From NCBI GenBank assembly GCA_963703225.1, contig OY969801.1, positions 1,824,001 to 1,888,000 on the forward strand: DNA of 64,000 nucleotides, written 5' to 3'. The DNA comes from Candidatus Eiseniibacteriota bacterium. Lineage in GTDB: Bacteria; Eisenbacteria; RBG-16-71-46; SZUA-252. The position numbers and the translations under genes were made by a program. Positions 1 through 8,927 of the stretch are shown one piece after another; within the stretch, counting starts at the first letter, position 1; each line of letters opens with the position of its first letter. Below the pieces are notes generated by a model that searched no databases, was not told the DNA's origin, and worked only from the letters and a program-made list of their open reading frames with translations.

Positions 1-53
1 GGCGTTCCCCTCTCGCGCCTCAGCCAGAACTACTACTTCGTGGCGCGAAAGCC

Positions 54-1266
54 CTAGCCCGAGGACTCCTCCGGCGGCCGCACGGACCGGAAGGCCGAGT
101 AGAGCAGGACGTCGTAGGCGATCTTCATCCCGGCGCCGATGAAGAGCGGCGCGGCGAGCGATGCTCCCCGCATGAAGAGCCCGGCGAATCCTGGGGCGAT
201 CGCCCACGCGCTCAAGCGAACGAGGTGCGTCACGCCGGAAGCGAACGTCCGCTCCTCGGGCCGGACCACGGCCATGACGTAGGACTGGCGCGTCGGCACG
301 TCCATCTCGACCAGCCCCTCGCGGAGAACAAAGAGCGCCGCGGCGATCGGAAAGGTCGGAGCGAACGGCACCGTCACGAGCAGCAGGCTGGACGGAATGT
401 GGGTGAAGACCATCGTGTTCACGAGCCCGATCCGGCGCGCCAGCCAGGCCGCGCCGACGTGGGAGAGCGCGTTCGCGGCGCGCGCCGCGAAGAAGAGGAC
501 CCCGACGACCCCCTCGCCCACTCCGAACCGGGTGAAGAAGAAGAGGGAGAGCATCGCGGTCGTCAGGAAACCGCCGCCGAGGCTGTCGAGCGCGAAGAGC
601 GCGGAGATCCTCGTCACGATCCGCCGCGTCTCCGGGGTGACCGTCGACCTTCTTCGTGGCCTTCGCGGGCTCCGCGGCCGGCGAAAGGCCGCTGTAGAGA
701 ATCGCGGTCACGAGGAGAAGCAGCGCGTAGAGGCCCGACCGCCCATCGGAGCGATCCCCCTCCGGGAGATGGAGGAGCGGGCCGCAGGAGCGCGGGAAGA
801 CCGGCCAGCAGCGAGCCGAGCGCGTGTCCCACGTCCTGAACCACGTTGTAGTAGGCGAACGCGTAGGTCCGCCGATCATCGGTCGTCGTCGACGGAAGGA
901 GCACCTGGTCCAGGATCATCGACGCGCCCCGGTCGCGCCCCATCCCGTTCAGCATCCCGAAGAACGCGGCGAGCCACACGACGACCGGTTGTGCGGCGAG
1001 CGCCACGACCGCGCCGCCCGAGCGCGCCGAGCAGCCCCAGCAGCGACAAGCGCGCGACGCCGGCCGATCCGATCCGCGGCCAGGGTGACGACGAGCGCCG
1101 CGGCGGCGGCGCCGGCCAGCCCCGCGGATACCACCGAGCCGATCGTGGCCGGGTCAAAGCCGAGCTTGGCGAGATGGATCCCGATCAAGACCGCGATCAT
1201 CGCGGTGGCGAGCGCCCGGAGAAACGCCGCCGCGTAGAGGATCGACCGATCGCGCGGGGGCGTCAT
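54..1266 (-). CDS. MFS transporter (split by two apparent frameshifts)
   Basis: ORFs 949..1266, 614..1006 and 54..617 join into one multi-TM protein, with MFS motif A 'ADRIGRRR' in the N-half and 'ARRIGLVN' in the C-half. Confidence 0.8.
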
Positions 1267-1290
1267 GGCGTCCGTCGGGGCATCGAGCGG

Positions 1291-2298
1291 CTAACCGGGG
1301 AGTCGCGAGGTGAGGAGGTAGGTTAGGGCCGCCGTGCCGGCGGACGCCGGAATGGTGAGCACCCAGGCCCAGACGATGCGGCCGGCCACGCCCCAGCGGA
1401 CGGCCGAAAGACGCTGGGTCGCGCCGACCCCGACGATCGCGCCAGTGATGGTGTGTGTCGTGGAAACCGGAACTCCGAGATGCGTGGCCCCGAAGAGGCT
1501 GATCGCCCCCGCGGTCTCCGCGCAGAAGCCCCCCACCGGCCGGAGCTTGGTGATGCGCGCCCCCAAGGTGTGGACGATCCTCCAGCCTCCGGATAGGGTG
1601 CCGAGAGCGATCGCCACGCCGCAGATCACCACCACCCATTGGGGGATGTAGAAGTGGTCGATCCGACCGGTGCTGTAGAGGAGGAGCGCGATGACCCCCA
1701 TGGTCTTTTGTGCGTCGTTGCCCCCGTGACCCAATGAATAGAGCGCCGCCGAGACGAGCTGGAGCCGCCGGAAGAGCCGGTCGACGCGCCCCGGCACCGC
1801 GCGCCGAAAGATCCAAGACATCGCGACCATGTTGATGTACGCCAGGATGAGCCCGATCATGGGCGCTACGACGATGAAGACCGCGGTCTTGGTGAGGCCG
1901 GGGAGGATCACCGCTCCCACCCCCTTGTAGCAGAGCGCCGCGCCCACCAACCCGCCAATGAGCGCGTGAGAGGAGGAAGTCGGCAATCCCAGCAACCACG
2001 TGAGCAGGTTCCAGGTGATCGCGCCGGTCAATGCCGAAAGGATGACGTGATTGTTCACGGCCTCGGAGACGATGATTCCCTTCCCCACCATCTTGGCCAC
2101 GGCGACCCCGAGAACGAAAACCGCGAGGAAATTGAAGAAGGCCGCCCAGGCGACCGCGAGCCCGGGCGTCAAGACACGCGTGGAGACGACGGTGGCGATG
2201 GAGTTGGCGGCGTCGTGGAATCCGTTTAGGAAATCGAAGACGAGGGCAACCGCGATGATGGCGAGTATGTAGAGGGAGTTCGGGTCGCCTGGTCCCAC
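1291..2298 (-). CDS. pit: Inorganic phosphate transporter, PiT family
   Basis: PiT signatures 'NGFHDAANSIAT' and 'HGGNDAQK', plus 'PTSSSH' and 'PVSTTH'. Confidence 0.95.
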   Translation of the reverse strand: MGPGDPNSLYILAIIAVALVFDFLNGFHDAANSIATVVSTRVLTPGLAVAWAAFFNFLAVFVLGVAVAKMVGKGIIVSEAVNNHVILSALTGAITWNLLTWLLGLPTSSSHALIGGLVGAALCYKGVGAVILPGLTKTAVFIVVAPMIGLILAYINMVAMSWIFRRAVPGRVDRLFRRLQLVSAALYSLGHGGNDAQKTMGVIALLLYSTGRIDHFYIPQWVVVICGVAIALGTLSGGWRIVHTLGARITKLRPVGGFCAETAGAISLFGATHLGVPVSTTHTITGAIVGVGATQRLSAVRWGVAGRIVWAWVLTIPASAGTAALTYLLTSRLPG

Positions 2299-2311
2299 GC
2301 GCCGGTGGCCG

Positions 2312-2926
2312 TCAGTTGTTCTTGACGACGATCCCCTCCAGGATGTTCGCGACGTCCTCGCAGTCGTCCGTGGTCGCCTCGAGGCGGCCGTAGATCTCCT
2401 TCCACTTGATCAGCTCACGGAAGTCGGTCTCCTCGTGGAACAGCTTGGCGGTGCAATTCCGGGAGATGTGGTCGGCCTCGTTCTCCAAATGATTGATCTG
2501 AATGCAGAATTCGCTGATCGTCCGCAGGTCGGTCAGGTGCTTCACCGCCTCGACGATGGCCCCGCAGGCCTGCTCGATGATCGACGTCAGCTGAAGGGTC
2601 TCCGGCGTCACCGAGCGGATATTGAAGAGCGTCAGGCGGCTGGAGACGCCCTCGATGTTGTCCAGCACGTCGTCGAGCGCGCTCGCGAGCGCGTGAATGT
2701 CCTCGCGGTCGAAGGGGGTGATGAACGTGCGGTTGAGCTTGTCGATGATGTCATGCGTGATGTGGTCGGCCTGTGTCTCGAGGACCTTGATATGGCGGGC
2801 CTTCTCCTCGATCTGATCGTAATTCCGAGTCATCTCGTGGAGCGCGCGGGCGGCTTCGTGGACCTTGGCCGCCTGGGCTTCGAAGAGCTCGAAGAATCGC
2901 CCTTCTTTGGGGAGCAGACGCAGCAT
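2312..2926 (-). CDS. DUF47/PhoU-like Pit accessory protein
   Basis: Helical protein with 'TFITPFDREDIHAL' and 'LENEAD'; lies directly upstream of pit. Confidence 0.9.
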   Translation of the reverse strand: MLRLLPKEGRFFELFEAQAAKVHEAARALHEMTRNYDQIEEKARHIKVLETQADHITHDIIDKLNRTFITPFDREDIHALASALDDVLDNIEGVSSRLTLFNIRSVTPETLQLTSIIEQACGAIVEAVKHLTDLRTISEFCIQINHLENEADHISRNCTAKLFHEETDFRELIKWKEIYGRLEATTDDCEDVANILEGIVVKNN

Positions 2927-2996
2927 AACGGGGTCGATTTATACATCAGGCGCGCCAGGGTGTCCACTCACCCGATGTCGACCGGAGAGGGCGCCG

Positions 2997-3461
2997 CTAC
3001 GGTGTCGACGCGGGCGATCTGGAGCGAATCGCGGCGCGGAGATCCCGCGTCCATCCCTCCGCGTCATCGGAAGGAACAAAGGACCATATCTCGGCCGATT
3101 GGCCCGTTCCCGCACAGACGCGGACGCGCCCCTGCCGGCGCTCGACGTCGCAAACCCGTCGGGTGTGTGGATTGATCTCCAGTCCTACCTTCTCGTTCTT
3201 GTGGATGTATACGGTTTGGCGCGTGACGACGATCGATGCGATCCGGTCCTCCCACCCAGCCGCGCGCGTTCCCAGCCCGTGCGTGTAGCGAAAGACGATG
3301 TTGTCGGCGCGGCGGACGATGCCTTCGGCGGCGAATCGCGCGGTGAGCACTTTGCTGAGCCGACTGGTGTCCTGCGCACAGCCCAAAAGCGCGATCGCCA
3401 CGGCGAGCCCGGCGCCGAAGGGCACCCTTCCCTTGCATTTCAACCCTCCGATCGCCACCAT
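2997..3461 (-). CDS. Hypothetical lipoprotein
   Basis: Hydrophobic stretch ending in lipobox 'ALLGC'; no family recognised. Confidence 0.5.
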   Translation of the reverse strand: MVAIGGLKCKGRVPFGAGLAVAIALLGCAQDTSRLSKVLTARFAAEGIVRRADNIVFRYTHGLGTRAAGWEDRIASIVVTRQTVYIHKNEKVGLEINPHTRRVCDVERRQGRVRVCAGTGQSAEIWSFVPSDDAEGWTRDLRAAIRSRSPASTP

Positions 3462-3475
3462 CAGTCCATTACGCC

Positions 3476-3922
3476 ATGAACTCGGTACGATTTCTAGTCC
3501 GACCGATGAGGATCGAGGACGCCGGCGCCGCCGCGCGCCTCGCGACGCAGCTCGGGTATCCCTCCACCGCCGAGCAGATCGAGCGCCGCTTCCGGGCGCT
3601 CGAGAGATCCGAGGACGCCCGCGTCTTCATCGCCGAGGACCCGGGCGGGAGCCCGGTGGGGTGGGTCCACGTGTTCGGGCGACGGCTTCTCGAATCCGAT
3701 CCCGACGCGGAAGTCGGCGGGTTGGTGGTGGACGAGACGGCGCGCGGCCGCGGCATCGGCAAGGCGCTCATGGCGTCGGCCGAGGCGTGGGCGCGCGAGC
3801 GCGGGTATGGGATCGTCTCGATCCGCTCCAACGTGATCCGCACCGAGGCCCACGAGTTCTACAAGGGCCTCGGCTACGAAGTCCTGAAATCGCAGTACAA
3901 GCTGCGCAAGAGGCTTTCCTAA
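3476..3922 (+). CDS. GNAT family N-acetyltransferase
   Basis: Acetyl-CoA motif 'LVVDETARGRGIGKALM' and C-terminal 'AHEFYKGLGY'. Confidence 0.92.
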   Translation: MNSVRFLVRPMRIEDAGAAARLATQLGYPSTAEQIERRFRALERSEDARVFIAEDPGGSPVGWVHVFGRRLLESDPDAEVGGLVVDETARGRGIGKALMASAEAWARERGYGIVSIRSNVIRTEAHEFYKGLGYEVLKSQYKLRKRLS

Positions 3923-4055
3923 GCGAAGCCAGCGCTGGCCAACCGGATTGCAAACAGCGTGTCCGGAGCGACCTGGCGGACTTCAGAGGGGTCCCGGTAC
4001 CCCCGCTTCTGCTGATCCCGCCGCGCGATCCAGCGAGGCTGGCTCGATCCACCCA

Positions 4056-4071
4056 TGGCACGACGATTGCT
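4056..4071 (+). promoter_or_regulatory. Sigma54 (RpoN) -24/-12 promoter
   Basis: TGGCACGACGATTGCT matches TGGCACG-N4-TTGCW with exactly 10 nt between GG (4057-58) and GC (4069-70), about 50 nt upstream of the ATG at 4120. Confidence 0.8.
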
Positions 4072-4119
4072 CAATCTAGAACCACTTAACCCCATGCCAT
4101 CACGTTGTCAGGAGTCGCC

Positions 4120-5463
4120 ATGACGTTCGATTCAACGACGATCATGGTGGTCGCGTCGCTCGGCGCGGTCGCGGTCGCCGGCTTTGCTTTGGAGGCCCGA
4201 CGCCAGCGTTCGGCCCGCAAGGCGTTCGCCCGCACCACCGAACGAGGAGGAGGGGACCCTCCCTCGCTCTACCCCAAGATCGATCCCGCACTCTGCGTCG
4301 GCTGTGGAGGTTGCGTGGAGGCCTGCCCGGAGGACGACGTGCTCCGGGTGGTCGACGGCCGGGCGCGACTCGTGAACGCCTCCCACTGCGTCGGACACGG
4401 CCGCTGCAAGACCGCCTGCCCCACCAACGCGATCGAGCTGGTCTTTGGAACAGCCACCCGCGGCGTCACGGTACCCCTCCTGGGCGAGGATCTTCAAACC
4501 AGCGTTCGGGGCATTTACGTCGCCGGAGAGCTGGGCGGGCTTGGACTGATCCGCACAGCGGTGAACCAGGGCGTTCAGGTCGTCGAGGGCTTGAGCGCCG
4601 GGCTCAGCCGGGGGCGTAACGGAGAGGCGACGGACGTCGTGATTGTCGGTGCCGGGCCCGCCGGAATCGCGGCCGCTCTGGCCTGCCGTGAGCGCGGGCT
4701 CAGCCACGCGATCCTGGATCAGGAAGGCCTCGGAGGCAGCGTCCATCACTACCCGCGGCGCAAGCTTGTCATGACCTCCCCCGTTCGGCTCCCGGTGGTC
4801 GGGACGATGAATTTCAAGGAGATCACCAAGGAAGCGCTCTACGAATTCTGGACCGACGTCGTCCACAAGGCCGGCATCGAGCTTCGCGCGCCGTCGCGCG
4901 TCGCATCCATCGAGCGGGATGGAGAGCACTTTCGGGTCATCGCCGGCACGGGAGAAGTGCGCGCCCGCCGCGTCGTGCTGGCGATCGGCCGCCGCGGCAC
5001 GCCGAGGAAGCTCGGTGTCCCCGGCGAGGAGAGTCCGGCCGTTGCCTATCGCCTGATCGAACCCGAGCAGTACACCAGGCAGCGCGTTCTCGTGGTCGGC
5101 GGCGGGAACAGTGCCGTCGAAGCCGCCGTCTCGCTGGCGGAAGCAGGCGCCCAGACCGTGCTGAGCTACCGGGGAGACCGTCTCTCGCGGGTGGCCGAAG
5201 CGAATCAGGCGAAGCTCGAGGCCCTCCGCGGGCCGAGACTTCAAATATTGCTCGGCTCGGAAGTTCGATCGATCGAGCCCCAGCGCGCGCTTCTGGAGGA
5301 TTCGCATGGCGAGCGGTGGATTCCGAACGACTATGTCTTCGTGCTGATCGGCGGGGACCTCCCCACACAGTTCCTCGAGAAGATCGGGATCGCGACCACT
5401 ACCTACTACGGCGAGCCGCCGCGCGCCCCCCACGCTGTGGCTCCGGAAGCGAGGGCGTCGTGA
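4120..5463 (+). CDS. Membrane-anchored 4Fe-4S dicluster / FAD-NAD(P)H oxidoreductase (thioredoxin-reductase-like fold)
   Basis: N-terminal TM; CVGCGGCVEACP and CVGHGRCKTACP; GAGPAG (FAD) and GGGNSA (NAD(P)H); GGAG RBS before the ATG at 4120. Confidence 0.88.
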   Translation: MTFDSTTIMVVASLGAVAVAGFALEARRQRSARKAFARTTERGGGDPPSLYPKIDPALCVGCGGCVEACPEDDVLRVVDGRARLVNASHCVGHGRCKTACPTNAIELVFGTATRGVTVPLLGEDLQTSVRGIYVAGELGGLGLIRTAVNQGVQVVEGLSAGLSRGRNGEATDVVIVGAGPAGIAAALACRERGLSHAILDQEGLGGSVHHYPRRKLVMTSPVRLPVVGTMNFKEITKEALYEFWTDVVHKAGIELRAPSRVASIERDGEHFRVIAGTGEVRARRVVLAIGRRGTPRKLGVPGEESPAVAYRLIEPEQYTRQRVLVVGGGNSAVEAAVSLAEAGAQTVLSYRGDRLSRVAEANQAKLEALRGPRLQILLGSEVRSIEPQRALLEDSHGERWIPNDYVFVLIGGDLPTQFLEKIGIATTTYYGEPPRAPHAVAPEARAS

Positions 5464-6395
5464 GCGCGACCACCCAGGCCGCCGCGGCGCTTGCTCCTGG
5501 CCGCCCGCGAGTTCGGCCGATGGCCCGGCCGTCGGCCCGGGTCCGCTATACGCTGTACACCGTCTTCTTCTTGATTTGGAGTGCGCTCTTCGCCTACGGC
5601 TTCGGGTATTACAACCTCGGCTTCGCCGACCGGCTGCGCTCGTCGTTTCACACCCAGCTAAGGCCGAGCGGCGAGCTCGGCCTGCTCTACGGCTATGTCG
5701 GGGCGGCGATCCTGCTTCTCCTCCTCCTCTATTCGGTCCGCAAGCGTGTCCGCGCGCTCCACGGTCTGGGCAAGTTGAGCCGCTGGTTGAACGTGCACAT
5801 CTTCTTCGGGATCGCCGGGCCGATGATGATCACGCTCCACGCGGGTTTTCACGTCACCGGAGCGATCGCCATCGGCTACTGGGCGATGATCGGCGTCATG
5901 CTCAGCGGGTTCGTCGGCTACTACCTGCTCCGCCAGGTCGGCGGCGCCCTGTCGGAGACCGAAGACGCCTCGCACATGCTCACGGAGGAGCTGGAAGCGC
6001 TCGACCGCGAGCTTACGGAACGGTTCGCGTTCACGCCTTCCGACATGGCGGCGCTACGGTTCCGGTCGGGCAGCGCCCGCGCCGAACGAATGGGCGCGGT
6101 CACCAGCCTTTTCTACCTCCTCGGGCACGACGTTCTTGGAATCCTCGACTCTCTGGGACTCCTTCCGACGAGCGCGGCCGAGACGCGCCTGCGGCCGTTC
6201 GATCGGAGACTCCTGCGCGCTCTCACCCGCCGTCATCTGGCGATCGAGCGGCGGCGGGCCTTTCTGCGCCAGACCAGCGCGCTGTTCCACTACTGGCATA
6301 CGATTCACAAGCCGTTCACGTTCGTGCTGTTCATCATGATGGGCATCCACATTGGGGTCGCGGTATGGCTAGGTTATGCCCTCCCTCGTCCGTGA
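5460..6395 (+). CDS. Inner-membrane protein, putative diheme b (cytochrome b / ferric-reductase-like)
   Basis: Several TM helices; two H-x13-H pairs (HIFFGIAGPMMITLH, HKPFTFVLFIMMGIH); GTG start overlaps the upstream TGA (GTGA). Confidence 0.7.
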   Translation: MSATTQAAAALAPGRPRVRPMARPSARVRYTLYTVFFLIWSALFAYGFGYYNLGFADRLRSSFHTQLRPSGELGLLYGYVGAAILLLLLLYSVRKRVRALHGLGKLSRWLNVHIFFGIAGPMMITLHAGFHVTGAIAIGYWAMIGVMLSGFVGYYLLRQVGGALSETEDASHMLTEELEALDRELTERFAFTPSDMAALRFRSGSARAERMGAVTSLFYLLGHDVLGILDSLGLLPTSAAETRLRPFDRRLLRALTRRHLAIERRRAFLRQTSALFHYWHTIHKPFTFVLFIMMGIHIGVAVWLGYALPRP

Positions 6396-7872
6396 AGGCG
6401 TCGTGCGGCTTGCCCGCGCGGCCGCGATGGGGGCGCTCCTGATGGCCCCGGCGACGGCGCGCGCGCAGTTCTCGCCCGGGCCGCTCTCCAGCGCCCACGA
6501 GCCGATCGACCGCCCGACGGCCTGCCTGGAGTGTCACGAGCCGAAGCGCGCCACGACGCCGGTCCGGTGCCTCGCATGCCACAAGCCCTTGGGGGCCCGC
6601 ATCGCGGCGCAGCGCGGGTATCACGGAAGGGATCACGCTCGATCGGTCGAATGCGCTTCGTGTCATCCGGAGCATGGCGGGCGCGGAGCTGCGCTGGTGC
6701 GTTGGCCGGACAGCCGCGAGAAATTCGATCACTCGCTCACCGGGTATGTCCTCACCGGGAGCCACGCGACGCTCCCATGCAACTCCTGCCACATCCCATC
6801 GCTCGTTCGGGCGGCCGACGTCCGCGCCGCGAAGGATCTCAAGCTCCAGACGACCTACCTCGGGCTCTCCACGCGCTGCGCGGAGTGCCACGGCGACATC
6901 CACCGGGGCCAGTTCGCGGCGCAGATCCAAAAGGCGGACTGCGCGCCGTGCCACGCCACCGAGCGCTGGAGCGGCGTGCCGGTCGACCACGCAAAGACCC
7001 AGTTTCCGCTCACCGGAAAGCACGCGACGGTCGCATGCACCCGCTGCCATTTCTCGGAGGACGACGCGGGAACGCGCGTGGCCTCCGGAACGACGAACTC
7101 CTTCGTCCGGTTTCGGCCACTGGCGCACGAGGCTTGCATCGAATGCCATGCCGACGTCCACAAGGGCCAGTACGGCACCCAATGCGCGAGATGTCACTCG
7201 ACAGCGGGTTGGACGTCGATCGCGATGGGCGCGTTCGATCACGACAAGACGCGCTATCCGCTCCGTGGCCTCCATCGAGGCGTCGACTGCGCCAAGTGCC
7301 ACACGACCGGAGACTTCAAGAAGCACGTCGCCTTCGCCCAGTGTACCGACTGCCATCAGGACCGGCACTCCGGTCAGCTCGTGAAGAGCCCCAGCCGCGG
7401 AGTCTGCGAAGCCTGCCACTCGGTCGAGGGATTCACGCCCGCCCGGTTCGGCACCCCGGAGCACGAGAAGACGCGCTTCCCGCTTCGCGGGGCCCACCTC
7501 GCGGTGGCGTGCAACGCCTGCCACAAGGTCACCGCCGCCGACGCGCCGCCGGGAAGCGTGCGATTCCGCTTGAGCGCCGGCGCGTGCGCCGACTGCCACA
7601 GTGACGAGCACGCCGGCCAGTTTGCCAGCTCGGCGGGGGGATCGGACTGCCGGCGGTGCCACGGAGAGTCCGCCTGGCGGATCGCGTCGTTCGATCACGG
7701 GAAGACCCGATTCCCTCTGGATGGCGCCCACGCCAAGGCCACCTGCAGGGCCTGCCACGCCGGCGTGACGATCGGGAATCGGAGGACGGTGCGGTACAGG
7801 CCGCTCGATACCGCGTGCAAGGCCTGCCACGCGACCGAGCCTCGGTCGAATGAAAAGAGGTCGATGACATGA
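6376..7872 (+). CDS. Exported multiheme c-type cytochrome, 17 CxxCH
   Basis: Signal peptide ending ARA-Q; 17 CxxCH counted; repeated 'FDHxxTxFPLxGxH' modules. Confidence 0.95.
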   Translation: MPSLVREGVVRLARAAAMGALLMAPATARAQFSPGPLSSAHEPIDRPTACLECHEPKRATTPVRCLACHKPLGARIAAQRGYHGRDHARSVECASCHPEHGGRGAALVRWPDSREKFDHSLTGYVLTGSHATLPCNSCHIPSLVRAADVRAAKDLKLQTTYLGLSTRCAECHGDIHRGQFAAQIQKADCAPCHATERWSGVPVDHAKTQFPLTGKHATVACTRCHFSEDDAGTRVASGTTNSFVRFRPLAHEACIECHADVHKGQYGTQCARCHSTAGWTSIAMGAFDHDKTRYPLRGLHRGVDCAKCHTTGDFKKHVAFAQCTDCHQDRHSGQLVKSPSRGVCEACHSVEGFTPARFGTPEHEKTRFPLRGAHLAVACNACHKVTAADAPPGSVRFRLSAGACADCHSDEHAGQFASSAGGSDCRRCHGESAWRIASFDHGKTRFPLDGAHAKATCRACHAGVTIGNRRTVRYRPLDTACKACHATEPRSNEKRSMT

Positions 7873-8927
7873 TTCGGATCCCCTGGGCAACCATGCTCCT
7901 GCTCGCCACCCTCTCGGTACCGGCCGCGGCCGATCCGGGCGACCTGCCCGGGTCCAAGGCGCCCACGGTCGCCAATCCGCACGGCGATCTGAAGGCCGAG
8001 TGCGAGGCCTGCCACACCGCCAAGTCGTGGAAGACCCTTCGAAAGCCGATCCTGTTCCAGCACGCGACCACGGGATTCCCGCTCGAAGGACGACACGCGT
8101 CGGCGGAATGCGTCGCCTGCCATCGCTCGCTCGAATTCTCGCGTGTGGCCACGAGCTGCAACGACTGCCATCACGACATCCATGAGGGCCGAAGCGGCAC
8201 GCGTTGCCAGGACTGCCACACGACCGCGAGCTGGTCCACCCGCTCCGCGGCGTTGGCCCAGCATTCCAAGACGGGATTCCCCCTTCGCGGGGTGCACGCG
8301 CTGGTGGAGTGCGCGCGGTGCCATGTCGGCTCGGGCGAGGCCAGCCACGCGCCCATATCGAGAGACTGCTACCCCTGCCACACGACCCAGTACACGTCGA
8401 CCCAGTCGCCCAACCACGTCGCCGCGGGCTTCTCGGTCCGCTGCGAAGAGTGCCACGATCCGGCGCAGGCTCGTTGGGGCGGAATGGGCTTCAATCACGC
8501 GCTCACGGGCTTCCCCCTCACGGGCGCCCATCGACTTGTCGCGTGCGCCAGCTGCCATGCCGGCGGGACCTACACCGGCACGCCGCGCAACTGCTATGGC
8601 TGTCACCAGAGTGACTTCGCGGGAACGACGAATCCAAACCACGTAGCACAGGGCTACTCCACGCAGTGCGAGACCTGTCACACCACCTCCGCCTGGCAGC
8701 CGGCCAACATCGACCACGACCGTCTCTTCTTCCGGATCAACTCCGGGCGGCACGCCGGCAAGTGGAGCGCCTGCTCGATCTGCCACCAGAACAGCGCCAG
8801 CTACGCCGAGTTCACCTGCCTTTCCTGCCACGCGCACGATCAGGGGCCGATGGACTCCCAACATCAGGGTCGTTCGGGCTACGTCTATGACAGCAACGCC
8901 TGCTATGCGTGCCATGGCCGCGTGTAG
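7869..8927 (+). CDS. Exported multiheme c-type cytochrome, 13 CxxCH
   Basis: Signal peptide ending AAA-D; 13 CxxCH counted; ATGA overlap with the previous gene. Confidence 0.95.
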   Translation: MIRIPWATMLLLATLSVPAAADPGDLPGSKAPTVANPHGDLKAECEACHTAKSWKTLRKPILFQHATTGFPLEGRHASAECVACHRSLEFSRVATSCNDCHHDIHEGRSGTRCQDCHTTASWSTRSAALAQHSKTGFPLRGVHALVECARCHVGSGEASHAPISRDCYPCHTTQYTSTQSPNHVAAGFSVRCEECHDPAQARWGGMGFNHALTGFPLTGAHRLVACASCHAGGTYTGTPRNCYGCHQSDFAGTTNPNHVAQGYSTQCETCHTTSAWQPANIDHDRLFFRINSGRHAGKWSACSICHQNSASYAEFTCLSCHAHDQGPMDSQHQGRSGYVYDSNACYACHGRV

